NCBI GenBank assembly: GCA_001783525.1
Contig: MFMS01000004.1
Coordinates: 28,741-92,740 of the forward strand
Length of the DNA: 64,000 bases
Direction of reading: 5' to 3'
Source of the DNA: Candidatus Kaiserbacteria bacterium RIFOXYB1_FULL_46_14
GTDB lineage: Bacteria; Patescibacteriota; Minisyncoccia; Phycocordibacterales; UBA918
Part shown: positions 31,621 to 41,292 of the stretch, one piece after another
Numbering within the stretch: position 1 is the stretch's first letter
Layout: every line of letters starts with the position of its first letter
The notes under the pieces: generated by a model
Told to the model about the DNA's origin: nothing
What the model saw: the letters and a program-made list of their open reading frames with translations, nothing else
Databases searched by the model: none
Made by a program: the position numbers and the translations under genes

Positions 31621-31770
31621 ATGGAAAACGACAAAAAGACGAGTGTCATTCTCAACGAGGAGAACGTTTCCACAAGAGACGAACCTCCTGCGGAACAGGA
31701 ACAGGTTACTAAGCTCACCCCCGAACAACCGCCTCGGGTAATGACCGAAGGCGAATGGAACGGTTGGTGA
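31621..31770 (+). CDS. Small ORF of 49 aa, absent from the ORF track because it is shorter than 60 aa
   Basis: GGGAGAG RBS before the ATG. A strong terminator at 31775-31817 follows immediately. Confidence 0.4.
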   Translation: MENDKKTSVILNEENVSTRDEPPAEQEQVTKLTPEQPPRVMTEGEWNGW

Positions 31771-31824
31771 ACAAGGCCGCGCGCACCTAAAGGTGCGCGC
31801 GGCCAAATTCTTTTTTAATCTCTA

Positions 31825-32997
31825 CTACTTAATCACACTCGCCACCGCCTTAGATAAGCCGGGGGTCATAACAGAAGGAATGATGTTATCAACTGTTGGT
31901 TTCTTTACCAAAGAAGCAATCTTCTTAGCCGCCGCCAATTTCATATCATCAGTGATATGAGTCACATTACGATCTAGCGCCCCGCGAAAAATACCAGGGA
32001 AAGCCAGAGAGTTGTTGACCTGATTAGGATAGTCACTGCGGCCAGTCGCCATTATCATTGCCCCCGCACGCTTAGCATCATCTGGAGTAATCTCCGGCAC
32101 CGGATTAGCCAGTGCGAACACTACCGCTTTTGGAGCCATCTTCTCTACATGGTGCCTTGTGATAGAACCAGGACCAGAAACCCCGATCAAAACATCAGCA
32201 TCAGCAACCGCGTCCATCACTTCGCCAGTTACCCCTCGTGGGTTGGTGACTTTGGCGAGTTCCTTCTTGTAGCCAGAGAGTCCCGAGCGGCCGGCCGAGA
32301 TGACACCGCTTTTATCAACTACGATCACATCCTCTACCTTCGCCTCCCTTAAGAGCAACGCGACCGCGCAGCCGGCCGCGCCAGCCCCCACAATCACCAC
32401 TTTCATCTTCTCCAACTTTTTCCCTACCACCTTCGCCGCATTGATTAGACCGGCCAAAACCACAATCGCTGTACCGTGCTGATCATCGTGCATGACCGGA
32501 ATCTTGAGTTCTTTTTTCAATCGCTCCTCGATCATAAAACACTGCGGTGCGGTAATATCCTCCAAATTGATGCCGCCAAAGGTGGGCGCAATCGCCTTCA
32601 CGATTTTTATAATCTCCTCCGGATCATGAGTATCAAGTACGATCGGGAAAGCATCCACACCGCCCATAGCTTTAAAGATCGCGCACTTTCCTTCCATCAC
32701 CGGTAGTGCACCGAGGGCGCCGAGATTACCAAGACCGAGAACAGCTGAACCATCTGAAACCACTGCCACTGTATTGCGTTTGATCGTGTACTCGCGCGCG
32801 TCCTTAGGGTGTTTGGCAAGATGCGCAGAAACCGCACCGACCCCAGGTGTGTACATAGTGCTCCAATCATCCTTGGTTTTAAGCTCACCTTTCAAAGTCA
32901 CTTCGAGCTTCCCCTTCATTTTCTTATGGCGCTCTAGAGCCATCTTGTTATAGTCTTTCTTAAGAATGATTCGTCGCGGAGTCTTTTTTTTGGCCAT
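31825..32997 (-). CDS. NAD(P)-dependent malic enzyme (short form)
   Basis: Malic enzyme N-terminal and NAD-binding domains (VVSDGSAVLGLGNLG, GAGAAG). Confidence 0.85.
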   Translation of the reverse strand: MAKKKTPRRIILKKDYNKMALERHKKMKGKLEVTLKGELKTKDDWSTMYTPGVGAVSAHLAKHPKDAREYTIKRNTVAVVSDGSAVLGLGNLGALGALPVMEGKCAIFKAMGGVDAFPIVLDTHDPEEIIKIVKAIAPTFGGINLEDITAPQCFMIEERLKKELKIPVMHDDQHGTAIVVLAGLINAAKVVGKKLEKMKVVIVGAGAAGCAVALLLREAKVEDVIVVDKSGVISAGRSGLSGYKKELAKVTNPRGVTGEVMDAVADADVLIGVSGPGSITRHHVEKMAPKAVVFALANPVPEITPDDAKRAGAMIMATGRSDYPNQVNNSLAFPGIFRGALDRNVTHITDDMKLAAAKKIASLVKKPTVDNIIPSVMTPGLSKAVASVIK

Positions 32998-33059
32998 ACA
33001 AGTCTAATTAAAATAACGGACACAGTATAACATCGCCCTCAGTTTGCTATCATTGAACA

Positions 33060-35243
33060 ATGTCGCCTTCCGATCTGCTTTCCAAACATTTCCGCATTGA
33101 TGTCTCCCACCTAAAGGCGCTTAAGCGACTCCGTATCGAGACCGTGGGCGATCTGCTCCACCACTTGCCCGTCCGCTATGAAGACGTGAGCGATATTCAA
33201 TCCGTACAAGGATTATCAATTGGTGCCGAGGCCGTAGTATATGGCCAACTTGGTGGACTCAAGGCACGCAAGGCCTGGAAAAGCCGCCGACCAATTGCTG
33301 ACGGCTATCTAGAGGACGGCACAGCACGCATCAAACTGATGTGGTTCAACCAACCGTACATCGCTAAGATGTACCGCGACGGTCAGTTTGTAAAAGCAGT
33401 TGGTAAAGTCACCGGTTCTCCAGGGAAAGAATACATCGCCAACCCCGAACTCGAGCCACTTGATCATTTGCCAATCGATCGCCACGACTCGATTTTCAAA
33501 ACAAGCAACAGTGAAGACACTATTTACCCGATCTACAAAGAGAGTCAGGGTGTAACTAGCCGCTGGTTTTACCACACGGCCATTAAGTGTTTTGAGTCCG
33601 GCGTATTAGACCAACTCGAAGATCCGATACCAGAAGAAATACGAAAGCGCTATAAGCTCTACCCACTATCAACCGCACTTCGCTACATACACTCCCCAAA
33701 AAAGCTTGAGCATGCCGAAGGCGCACGCAAGCGTTTTGCCTTTGAAGAGGTTTTTTATATACAAGTAGAAATGGCGAGGAGGCGCGCCGCGGTCAGCGCC
33801 GCCACGACCTATCAGATCGATTCTGGCAAAGAACACGTGCAAGAATTTGTTGATCGCTTCCCCTTCAAACTGACCGCGGCGCAGAACAAAGCCATCAAAG
33901 AAATTCTCGAAGACTTCAAAAGAAACCATGCGATGTCTCGTCTTCTTGAAGGCGACGTCGGTAGCGGCAAGACGGCCGTGGCCGCCACGACTGCCTATGC
34001 GGTCGCGATGAGCCGCCCGCCCGAAGGGCGGGCGGCTGGGGCACGTGGCAATCTGGAATACGGAAATCTCCAAGTTGCTTACATGGCACCCACCGAAATC
34101 CTAGCCAAACAACACTTCGAAAGTTTCATTCAATACTTCTCTCACCTGCCGGTTCAGATCGGACTCATCACAGGTAGTGGTTGTTATAAATTTCCGTCCA
34201 AGACAGACCCGCGAAAACCGACCAAAATATCTAGAACACAGCTACTCAAATGGGTAAAAAATGGTGAGGTGCCGATTCTGATCGGCACACACGCACTCAT
34301 TTATAAAAGCGTGGAGTTCAAACATTTGGCCTACGTTATCATCGATGAACAACATCGTTTCGGCACTAATCAACGCAAGGCGCTCACCAAAAAAGGTGCG
34401 CCTATGCCGCACCTCTTGTCGATGACAGCCACTCCGATTCCTCGCACACTCTCCCTCACTATTTATGGTGACTTAGATATTACACTACTAGACCAAATGC
34501 CTGCTGGCCGCAAAGCTGTCATTACCAAAATCATCGGCCCACAACAACAAGGACCAATGTACGAGCACGTCCGATCTGAAATCCAGTCTGGGCGACAAGC
34601 TTACGTCATTTGCCCGCGCATCAATGAGCCCGATCCAGAAAAGGAAAACGCACTCAACTTAAAAAGCGTAGTCGCGGAGGCAGAGCGCTTGAAGCGCGAC
34701 ATCTTTCCAAACACTAAAATCGATGTACTTCACGGCAAGATGACGCCGACCGAAAAGGACAAAGTGATGGCGCGCTTTTTGGCACACGAAAGCGACATCT
34801 TAGTAGCTACTTCGGTAGTCGAGGTCGGCGTCAATGTGCCCAACTCCACCAACATCATCATCGAAGGCGCCGAACGTTTTGGTCTTTCGCAACTCCACCA
34901 ACTACGCGGTCGCGTCATTCGTGGCACATATCAGCCCTACTGCTTTGCCGTTACAGAATCCAAGAGTGAAAAAACGCGCGATCGACTTAAAGCCCTTGTC
35001 ACCGCCAAAAACGGCTTTGAACTCTCCGAATATGACCTGCAATTCCGCGGCGCGGGCGAACTTTACGGCGGCAAACAATCGGGCCTGTCTGACCTTGGTA
35101 TGGAAGCGATCAAAAACCTCAAGCTGGTAGAGGCTGCTCGAAGCGAAGCGCGAGACTTAATAGAAAATGATCCCGAACTTATTGGTCATCCCCAGATCAA
35201 AGAACGCATCGCAAAAATTGATCAGTCACTACACATGGAGTGA
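33060..35243 (+). CDS. recG: ATP-dependent DNA helicase RecG
   Basis: Wedge/OB N-terminal domain, Walker A GDVGSGKT, DEQH box IIDEQHRFG, and helicase C motifs. Confidence 0.85.
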   Translation: MSPSDLLSKHFRIDVSHLKALKRLRIETVGDLLHHLPVRYEDVSDIQSVQGLSIGAEAVVYGQLGGLKARKAWKSRRPIADGYLEDGTARIKLMWFNQPYIAKMYRDGQFVKAVGKVTGSPGKEYIANPELEPLDHLPIDRHDSIFKTSNSEDTIYPIYKESQGVTSRWFYHTAIKCFESGVLDQLEDPIPEEIRKRYKLYPLSTALRYIHSPKKLEHAEGARKRFAFEEVFYIQVEMARRRAAVSAATTYQIDSGKEHVQEFVDRFPFKLTAAQNKAIKEILEDFKRNHAMSRLLEGDVGSGKTAVAATTAYAVAMSRPPEGRAAGARGNLEYGNLQVAYMAPTEILAKQHFESFIQYFSHLPVQIGLITGSGCYKFPSKTDPRKPTKISRTQLLKWVKNGEVPILIGTHALIYKSVEFKHLAYVIIDEQHRFGTNQRKALTKKGAPMPHLLSMTATPIPRTLSLTIYGDLDITLLDQMPAGRKAVITKIIGPQQQGPMYEHVRSEIQSGRQAYVICPRINEPDPEKENALNLKSVVAEAERLKRDIFPNTKIDVLHGKMTPTEKDKVMARFLAHESDILVATSVVEVGVNVPNSTNIIIEGAERFGLSQLHQLRGRVIRGTYQPYCFAVTESKSEKTRDRLKALVTAKNGFELSEYDLQFRGAGELYGGKQSGLSDLGMEAIKNLKLVEAARSEARDLIENDPELIGHPQIKERIAKIDQSLHME

Positions 35244-35255
35244 TATAATTAGCCT

Positions 35256-35990
35256 ATGTTAGACGTGCTGCTACGAGCCCTTCGACACCCCATCTCATAC
35301 AGCAAAATATACCGTGTTACAAATCTCACTTTCAAAGAGAAAATACACGAAGTGGGAGACATTTACTCTTTTATCTTCACATCCGAGTACTTGCCGAATT
35401 GGCGAGCCGGACAACACGCCATTTTCACAATCCCAGACAAACCTGTTGAAGGTAAGGCTTGGCGGGCGTTTTCGGTTGCCTCGGCACCGCACGAGAACGA
35501 GATCAGAATCGGCACAATCGTAAGCAGTGAACCAAGCAGTTTCAAACAACAGCTTTCCTCCTTACAAACCGGAGAAAAGATCCGAATGTACGGTCCTTAC
35601 GGTGAACTTTGTTTAAATGAGAAAATGCAGAAAGTGATCGGCGTTGCCGGCGGTATTGGAATCACTCCTTTTAGATCTATTGTCAAAGATCTCTCAGAAA
35701 AATCTTCGACACTTAAGCTTCAGCTTATCTATTCTGCTCGTGACAATCAACACACTTATCGTAACGATATGGAAAAATGTCGTGAAAGAAACCAAAACAT
35801 CTCCATCATTTACACCGCTTCACCGGAAGAAGTTAACGCCGCTCTAGAGAATGCGGTCGCAGAAAACCATAACGACGCTCACTATCTCCTATCTGGCCCA
35901 CCGAAGATGATCGAGTCCTTGCGACTTAAACTCCTAGGTCTTGGAATATCAAGGAAACGCATCCTCAATGATCCTTTCAAAGGATACTAA
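35256..35990 (+). CDS. FAD/NAD(P)-binding oxidoreductase (ferredoxin-NADP reductase-like)
   Basis: RAFSVAS (an RxYS-like FAD motif) and GGIGITPF NAD-binding motif. Confidence 0.7.
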   Translation: MLDVLLRALRHPISYSKIYRVTNLTFKEKIHEVGDIYSFIFTSEYLPNWRAGQHAIFTIPDKPVEGKAWRAFSVASAPHENEIRIGTIVSSEPSSFKQQLSSLQTGEKIRMYGPYGELCLNEKMQKVIGVAGGIGITPFRSIVKDLSEKSSTLKLQLIYSARDNQHTYRNDMEKCRERNQNISIIYTASPEEVNAALENAVAENHNDAHYLLSGPPKMIESLRLKLLGLGISRKRILNDPFKGY

Positions 35991-36034
35991 CGTGAAGTTG
36001 AAGGTTGTGGCTTATAGGTTATAGTATTGACCAT

Positions 36035-36108
36035 CCGCCCTTAGCTCAGTTGGTTAGAGCACAGAGCTTATACCTCTGGGGTCCTTGGTTCGAGTCCAAG
36101 AGGGCGGA
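36035..36108 (+). tRNA. tRNA-Ile (anticodon TAT)
   Basis: Acceptor ccgccct/agggcgg, anticodon stem cagag/ctctg with loop ctTATac, and T-loop TTCGAGT. Confidence 0.7.
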
Positions 36109-36116
36109 CAGGTATA

Positions 36117-36150
36117 TAAAAAGGCGCCCTTAGGGCGCCTTTTTATCAAT
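36117..36150. terminator. Bidirectional terminator
   Basis: Stem aaaaaggcgccc, loop tta, stem gggcgccttttt. Confidence 0.75.
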
Positions 36151-36161
36151 ACCAAACCGTC

Positions 36162-38171
36162 CTATTCCTTCAAATGACTGGCATCGAACTCAATCGCCTT
36201 TGTTGGATCAGCCAATCCTTCTTCAGCCAAGCGAGCGTCTCGATACACATCTTGTATTTCCACACCTTCGGCTTTCAGAATACCTTCGTATTCATCACGC
36301 TCAAGTGTCTCCACTTCAATCAATCGCTTGGAAATAGCATCGAGAGCCGCGCGGTATTTTGTCAAAACATCACGAGCAGTTTCCATTCCTTCAGAGATCA
36401 ACTTAGAAACTTCTTCATCGATAGTCTTAGCGACATCTGGAGAGTAGCCGCGGTCCTCACCGAAGCCTCCACCGATCAACCGGCCACCCGAGCCTTCAAG
36501 TGCTACTGGTCCTAGTCGAGTACTCATTCCATACTTGGTAACCATATCGCGCGCTAAGTTTGCAACGACCTGCAAGTCATTCGACGGGCCAGTGGTCAGA
36601 TCACCAAAGACCATCTCCTCTGCCACATAACCACCAAGCGTCATCGCAATATCATCAATGAATTCTTTCTTCGAATGCATCTTGCGATCTTCGTCTGGCA
36701 ATTTAAGTGTGTAGCCGGCAGCGCGACCGCGAGAGATGATCGAAATCTTCTGCACCGGATCGGCATAAGGCAATACTGAAGAAACCAGAGCGTGTCCCGC
36801 TTCGTGATACGCAGTTACCTCTCTTTCCTTCTTCGAAAGCAAATGACTCTTGCGTTCTGGACCAAGCATAACCTTCTCAATCGAACGGATGATATCAAAC
36901 TGCGCCACTGTCTTTCGTTCTTCGCGAGCCGCGAGAATGGCAGCCTCGTTCATCAAGGATTGTAGATCAGCGCCAGAGAACCCTGGAGTTCGTGTAGCAA
37001 TAACCTCTAGATTCACATCATCAGCCAATGGCTTCTTGCGCGCATGTATTCCAAGAATTGCTTTTCGATCATCACGATCAGGCAAATCAATGGTGACACG
37101 TCGGTCGAAGCGACCAGGGCGGACCAGAGCAGGATCAAGTACATCTGGGCGGTTGGTCGCCGCCATCACGATCACTTTTTCGGATGGTTCAAAACCATCC
37201 ATCTCAACCAAAATCTGGTTTAGAGTTTGTTCACGCTCATCATTACCGCCACCAATACCAGTACCACGAATACGGCCGACGGCATCGATCTCATCAACGA
37301 AGATAATCGATGGTGCAGCGCGCTTGGCCATTTGGAACAAGTCGCGCACACGCGATGCACCAACACCAACAAACATCTCTACGAATTCTGAACCAGAGAT
37401 AGAGAAGAATGGTACTCCTGCCTCGCCCGCAACCGCACGCGCCAAGAGAGTTTTACCTGTACCAGCCGGACCCATCAGAAGCACTCCCTTCGGAATCTCC
37501 GCACCGATATCGAGAAACTTCTTTGGGTTCTTTAAGAAGTCCACAATCTCCTCGAGCTCTTGCTTCGCTTCTTTAGCTCCAGCCACATCCTTGAAGGTTA
37601 CCTTCTGCGACTGGTCGGAAGGATCAATCACACGTGCTTTAGACATTCCGAAGTTGAGTGCCTGCATACCAGCGCCACGCACCGAACGAGTGAAAAACCA
37701 AATAATGATCAGGAGGAAAAAGAGCGGAAAAAGGAACGGCGCAAAAGTACCCAAATAGTACGTAAAGCCTGTTTCGTTCTTGACGTCGATCGAAACTGCG
37801 GAGAGAGCGTCGTGTCCTACACCGAGATTGGCGAGAGTTTCAGTCACGGAAGAGTCCGTTTCTTTCTTACCCTCTGCTTTAGCTCTGCTTTCGTCTTTGT
37901 AACTAACCTCAAGCTTACTGCCACGTACCACAATTTCTTTAACTGTCCCCTCTTTTACATCAGCAGCAATCTGAGACAGTGAGATTTCCTGCACTTCAAC
38001 TTTTTGCTCCACAAAGTACGAATAGGCAGCAACAACTAGCATTAAGACCAATACGGTCGAGAGCATATTGTTCCAAAAATTGCCCGGACCAACTGGCATC
38101 TTCTTAATTAAATCGCTCGCGCCACGACCCTTATTCTCCTTCTTTTTACCTTTTTCCTTTTTCGTTGACAT
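36162..38171 (-). CDS. ftsH: ATP-dependent zinc metalloprotease FtsH
   Basis: AAA Walker A GPAGTGKT, the second region of homology, and Zn motif HEAGHAL. Confidence 0.9.
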   Translation of the reverse strand: MSTKKEKGKKKENKGRGASDLIKKMPVGPGNFWNNMLSTVLVLMLVVAAYSYFVEQKVEVQEISLSQIAADVKEGTVKEIVVRGSKLEVSYKDESRAKAEGKKETDSSVTETLANLGVGHDALSAVSIDVKNETGFTYYLGTFAPFLFPLFFLLIIIWFFTRSVRGAGMQALNFGMSKARVIDPSDQSQKVTFKDVAGAKEAKQELEEIVDFLKNPKKFLDIGAEIPKGVLLMGPAGTGKTLLARAVAGEAGVPFFSISGSEFVEMFVGVGASRVRDLFQMAKRAAPSIIFVDEIDAVGRIRGTGIGGGNDEREQTLNQILVEMDGFEPSEKVIVMAATNRPDVLDPALVRPGRFDRRVTIDLPDRDDRKAILGIHARKKPLADDVNLEVIATRTPGFSGADLQSLMNEAAILAAREERKTVAQFDIIRSIEKVMLGPERKSHLLSKKEREVTAYHEAGHALVSSVLPYADPVQKISIISRGRAAGYTLKLPDEDRKMHSKKEFIDDIAMTLGGYVAEEMVFGDLTTGPSNDLQVVANLARDMVTKYGMSTRLGPVALEGSGGRLIGGGFGEDRGYSPDVAKTIDEEVSKLISEGMETARDVLTKYRAALDAISKRLIEVETLERDEYEGILKAEGVEIQDVYRDARLAEEGLADPTKAIEFDASHLKE

Positions 38172-38211
38172 TGCAAGGATTATACAGAAATAGCTAGCTT
38201 TTGCTATATTT

Positions 38212-38676
38212 ATGCTTATATTTATTGCAATGACAGATTACGTCAGAAATAAAAAAGTTACTCTCAACTTCGAACTTTTAGATAAGTTTGAAGCGGGGGT
38301 TGTTTTGCTTGGTACGGAAGTGAAGTCAATCCGCCAAGGACAAGGCAAACTCGATGGCGCGCACGTGGTAGTGCGCGGGGGCGAAGCATACCTGGTAGGT
38401 GCCTCAATCCCACCTTTCCAAAAAGTAAACGCCCCTGCCGACTACGACAATGAGCGAGTCCGTAAGCTCCTGCTTTCGAAGAAAGATATCTTGAACCTCT
38501 ATAATGAAAGTGAGAAGAAGGGCTTGACAATAGTGCCAATTAGATGGTACAATAATGGGGTCAAATTGAAGCTTGAGATCGCTGTTGCGAAGGGTAAAAA
38601 GAAACACGATAAGCGTGATACCATCAAGCAACGCGATACCAAGCGCGAGATTGAGAGGACATTGAAAAACCAATAA
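38212..38676 (+). CDS. smpB: SsrA-binding protein SmpB
   Basis: SmpB fold with a Lys/Arg-rich C-terminal tail. The tmRNA gene lies downstream. Confidence 0.85.
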   Translation: MLIFIAMTDYVRNKKVTLNFELLDKFEAGVVLLGTEVKSIRQGQGKLDGAHVVVRGGEAYLVGASIPPFQKVNAPADYDNERVRKLLLSKKDILNLYNESEKKGLTIVPIRWYNNGVKLKLEIAVAKGKKKHDKRDTIKQRDTKREIERTLKNQ

Positions 38677-38699
38677 ATTGAAATTGACTGTTCAAAGGT

Positions 38700-38984
38700 G
38701 TGATCATGGGGACCACACCAAAATGGGAGGAAATTGAAATGCCATTACCAAATGGAAATCTCCTCGTCTTTGGCGAGGAAATCAATCCCGCAGATATCGA
38801 CAACCACCCCTTCCTTGCCCCTCGGGGCAGGGTGAGACTCGCCAAAAATCAAGTCGAGGCGATTCTCGACGAGCTCACTGCAGAGGAAATCAACCTCCTC
38901 CGCAGTGAGCTCGAAGAAGCGTTGAATCCCTCCTCCGAGAAGGGTCTCGGCAAGGCACTTCTTCTCTACGCCGTTCTTCACTAG
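38700..38984 (+). CDS. Hypothetical small acidic protein
   Basis: AGGTG RBS before the ATG at 38706. An antisense ORF, 38745-39026, competes with it. Confidence 0.35.
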   Translation: MIMGTTPKWEEIEMPLPNGNLLVFGEEINPADIDNHPFLAPRGRVRLAKNQVEAILDELTAEEINLLRSELEEALNPSSEKGLGKALLLYAVLH

Positions 38985-39097
38985 TTTGTTCTTTCCGGTG
39001 AACGCAATGAGTAATGCGTTCACCACACCTTTGAGTAGTCAATTTCAAAATGGAAAAATGAAAAGTGTGTCAATGAGGACACCTAAGGAGGCCTGCG

Positions 39098-39271
39098 ATG
39101 TCTCAACCTGAAGTTGTCAGCAAAAAGATCAAGTTCCTAGGTGAACTTGTAGATCTAGATAAGTTGGAGAAGTCTGGTTTTATATTTATCGAGGTGAATG
39201 ACGCAAAAAAGTCACCCTTAAACTTTATCAATCTCTACTACCCCACCAATCGGCGAACGGATAAAAAATAA
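39098..39271 (+). CDS. Small ORF of 57 aa, absent from the ORF track
   Basis: TAAGGAGG sits 8 nt before the ATG, and a hairpin terminator follows at 39251-39280. Confidence 0.45.
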   Translation: MSQPEVVSKKIKFLGELVDLDKLEKSGFIFIEVNDAKKSPLNFINLYYPTNRRTDKK

Positions 39272-39352
39272 TCCGTTCGCCACACTTTTCATTTTTTCAT
39301 TCCTCTGCCCTCCCCCGAACACCTTCAATCTTTCTTAGATTGAAGGTGTTCG

Positions 39353-39729
39353 GGGGATGACAGGCATCGACGGTTTGTCTGATTCATCTGCGCAATGCCG
39401 AAATTGGAACCACTTCGTTAAGAGGTTCTATCTGTATCTGCAAACAAAGCAATACCAAGTCCGTTCTCATACGGATTCGCCTTCGCTCGAGCGTAAGTTC
39501 GCGTAGGTGACGCTAACCTACCCCACGTCTGATAAGGTAGCGTTGGTGGAATAGCATCGGACTCTAGATAATTAATTTGTTCCATTAATTATCCGAATTG
39601 TTAGGAACTGCTCGTCTAAAGGTTTTGCCTACTTTTCCACTTCAGACGCTAAGATCTAAACTAGGCTATGCATTGTAGAACCAGTTGGGTCAACATTCTC
39701 GGACGGCGGTTCGACTCCGCCCATCTCCA
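39353..39729 (+). ncRNA. ssrA: tmRNA (ssrA); putative tag peptide ANKAIPSPFSYGFAFARA
   Basis: The 5' GGGGATG pairs with the 3' CATCTCC and gives a G3-U70 pair. T-arm ggcggTTCGACTccgcc. The tag-like ORF GCAAACAAAGCA...GCTCGAGCGTAA runs 39405-39461. smpB is adjacent. Confidence 0.75.
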
Positions 39730-39735
39730 CGAGTA

Positions 39736-39770
39736 CAAAAATCACCCACACATTTGTGTGGGTGATTTTT
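39736..39770. terminator. Terminator hairpin after tmRNA
   Basis: Stem aaaaatcacccacac, loop attt, stem gtgtgggtgattttt. Confidence 0.75.
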
Positions 39771-39975
39771 GTTCGTGGAGATGGAGAAAGCAAACTGCTT
39801 TGCTTTCGCGCGGAGTCGAACGGGCGGATCTTTGTTTTTCTTCCTTTCTAGAAGATGGTGCTCCGGCTATAAATACACCCTCCGTTACAACGGCAGGGTG
39901 TTTTCTTTACTAAGTTGCTAAACTTGCTAAAAGCTAATTTATATTGTACTATGTAAGGAGACTACCACGGAGGTA

Positions 39976-40332
39976 TTGATGATAAAGAACCCAGAAAGTT
40001 ACCTTAACGGGTACCTGGCAATCATGAACCCGGACGAGGGTTTCACCCTCTATGGGCAGATTCGGAAGATTAGCTTTGGCATGGACTCAATTTTTATCAT
40101 TGAGTTCCATTGGTTGGCAGAGATGAAACACTACTCTGCGGCCACCTGGGTAATAACCCCAGTGGACCAGAAGATGTTTTCGACTGAGTTCTTCCATGTG
40201 ATGCCGCCAGATTCACCTGGGACATCTAAACTCTGGTCTCCGTTTACCGGGGTGATGATGGAGTTCTCAAACATGCCGACCACGAATGGGCCCAGCCTTG
40301 AGTTCTACAAGGAACTTATAGCTACCGCCTGA
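39976..40332 (+). CDS. Hypothetical protein
   Basis: GGAGG RBS. The ORF sits in the block downstream of tmRNA. Confidence 0.5.
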   Translation: MMIKNPESYLNGYLAIMNPDEGFTLYGQIRKISFGMDSIFIIEFHWLAEMKHYSAATWVITPVDQKMFSTEFFHVMPPDSPGTSKLWSPFTGVMMEFSNMPTTNGPSLEFYKELIATA

Positions 40333-40345
40333 ATGGAGGACTAAG

Positions 40346-40558
40346 ATGATCGTACACACCGAAGATGCTATGTACTACCTCAAAGCGGCTGACGACCACT
40401 TCGAGGTAACAAGAGTCGATGAGGACGCCCGAATTGCGGGCGTCTCCATCCTTCCAAACGAAGAAAAGTGGAAGGTACAAAGCTTGTACATAAAGATCGG
40501 CGAACCGGCTCGTTTCGACCACATCATCACGACGAACGTGCTGATGGTTATAGACTAG
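40346..40558 (+). CDS. Hypothetical small protein
   Basis: GGAGG RBS, with tight spacing after the previous ORF. Confidence 0.45.
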   Translation: MIVHTEDAMYYLKAADDHFEVTRVDEDARIAGVSILPNEEKWKVQSLYIKIGEPARFDHIITTNVLMVID

Positions 40559-40632
40559 CCAAAAGCCTACCTCACAGAGACGCTACCCCACTCGGGTACG
40601 GCGTCTCTTTTTTATATATAATATAAAGACCT

Positions 40633-41241
40633 ATGCAGTCCGGCCAAATGAAAGTAGTCGCTCTAGACTTTGACGACGTGGTCGCGCACTTCAATGCTCA
40701 TTTTGTTTTGTTTCATAACAAAAACTACGGCACAGCTCTTGAATACGAAGATCTGTATTTATATGACGATTGGGAAAAGATGTATGGTTGTGACCGCGCG
40801 ACAATGAACGACCGCGCTCACGAATTTTATCGTTCAAAGGAACATAAGGAGATCGAGCCAGTACCGGGCGCGATCGAAGCAATCGAACATCTATCAAAAG
40901 ATTATTCCCTGCAAATTGTCACCAGTAGGCCCGAACATATCCGTGATGTCACCCTGCACTGGATAGAAGAATTCTTCCCTGTTCATTTTGACCAAATACA
41001 TTTTACCAACGGCTTTATGGGTGCCGACGGTGCAACAGTAAAAAAGAAATCCGAGGTATGTCGCGAAATCGGAGCATCAATACTAGTCGATGACGCCCTT
41101 AAGCACGTTAAAGACGTGGCCCAAAGTGGACTACCTGCCATTCTCCCCGACCGACCATGGAACCGTGAAGAAAACCCCACCGGAGTACAAAGGATGTATT
41201 CATGGAATGAGATTGTTGATTTTATAAAAGCAAAGATATAA
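40633..41241 (+). CDS. HAD-superfamily 5'(3')-deoxyribonucleotidase (NT5C-like)
   Basis: Motif I LDFDDVVA (DxDxV/T) and other HAD motifs. Confidence 0.65.
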   Translation: MQSGQMKVVALDFDDVVAHFNAHFVLFHNKNYGTALEYEDLYLYDDWEKMYGCDRATMNDRAHEFYRSKEHKEIEPVPGAIEAIEHLSKDYSLQIVTSRPEHIRDVTLHWIEEFFPVHFDQIHFTNGFMGADGATVKKKSEVCREIGASILVDDALKHVKDVAQSGLPAILPDRPWNREENPTGVQRMYSWNEIVDFIKAKI

Positions 41242-41292
41242 AGCCACTGCTTATCGTCTCTAGAGAGCGAATATGCTACCATCAGCTCCGTT

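Noticed and set aside
36850-37758. A 302-aa plus-strand ORF, together with other long antisense ORFs inside ftsH, ligA, gatA, recG and gdh
   Set aside because: These lie entirely inside well-supported genes on the opposite strand. Their products are low-complexity and Arg/Ser-rich, as expected for antisense translation of GC-rich coding DNA.
39668-39913. Plus-strand ORF of 81 aa
   Set aside because: It overlaps the tmRNA 3' domain and its terminator and palindrome. The tmRNA call explains the sequence better.
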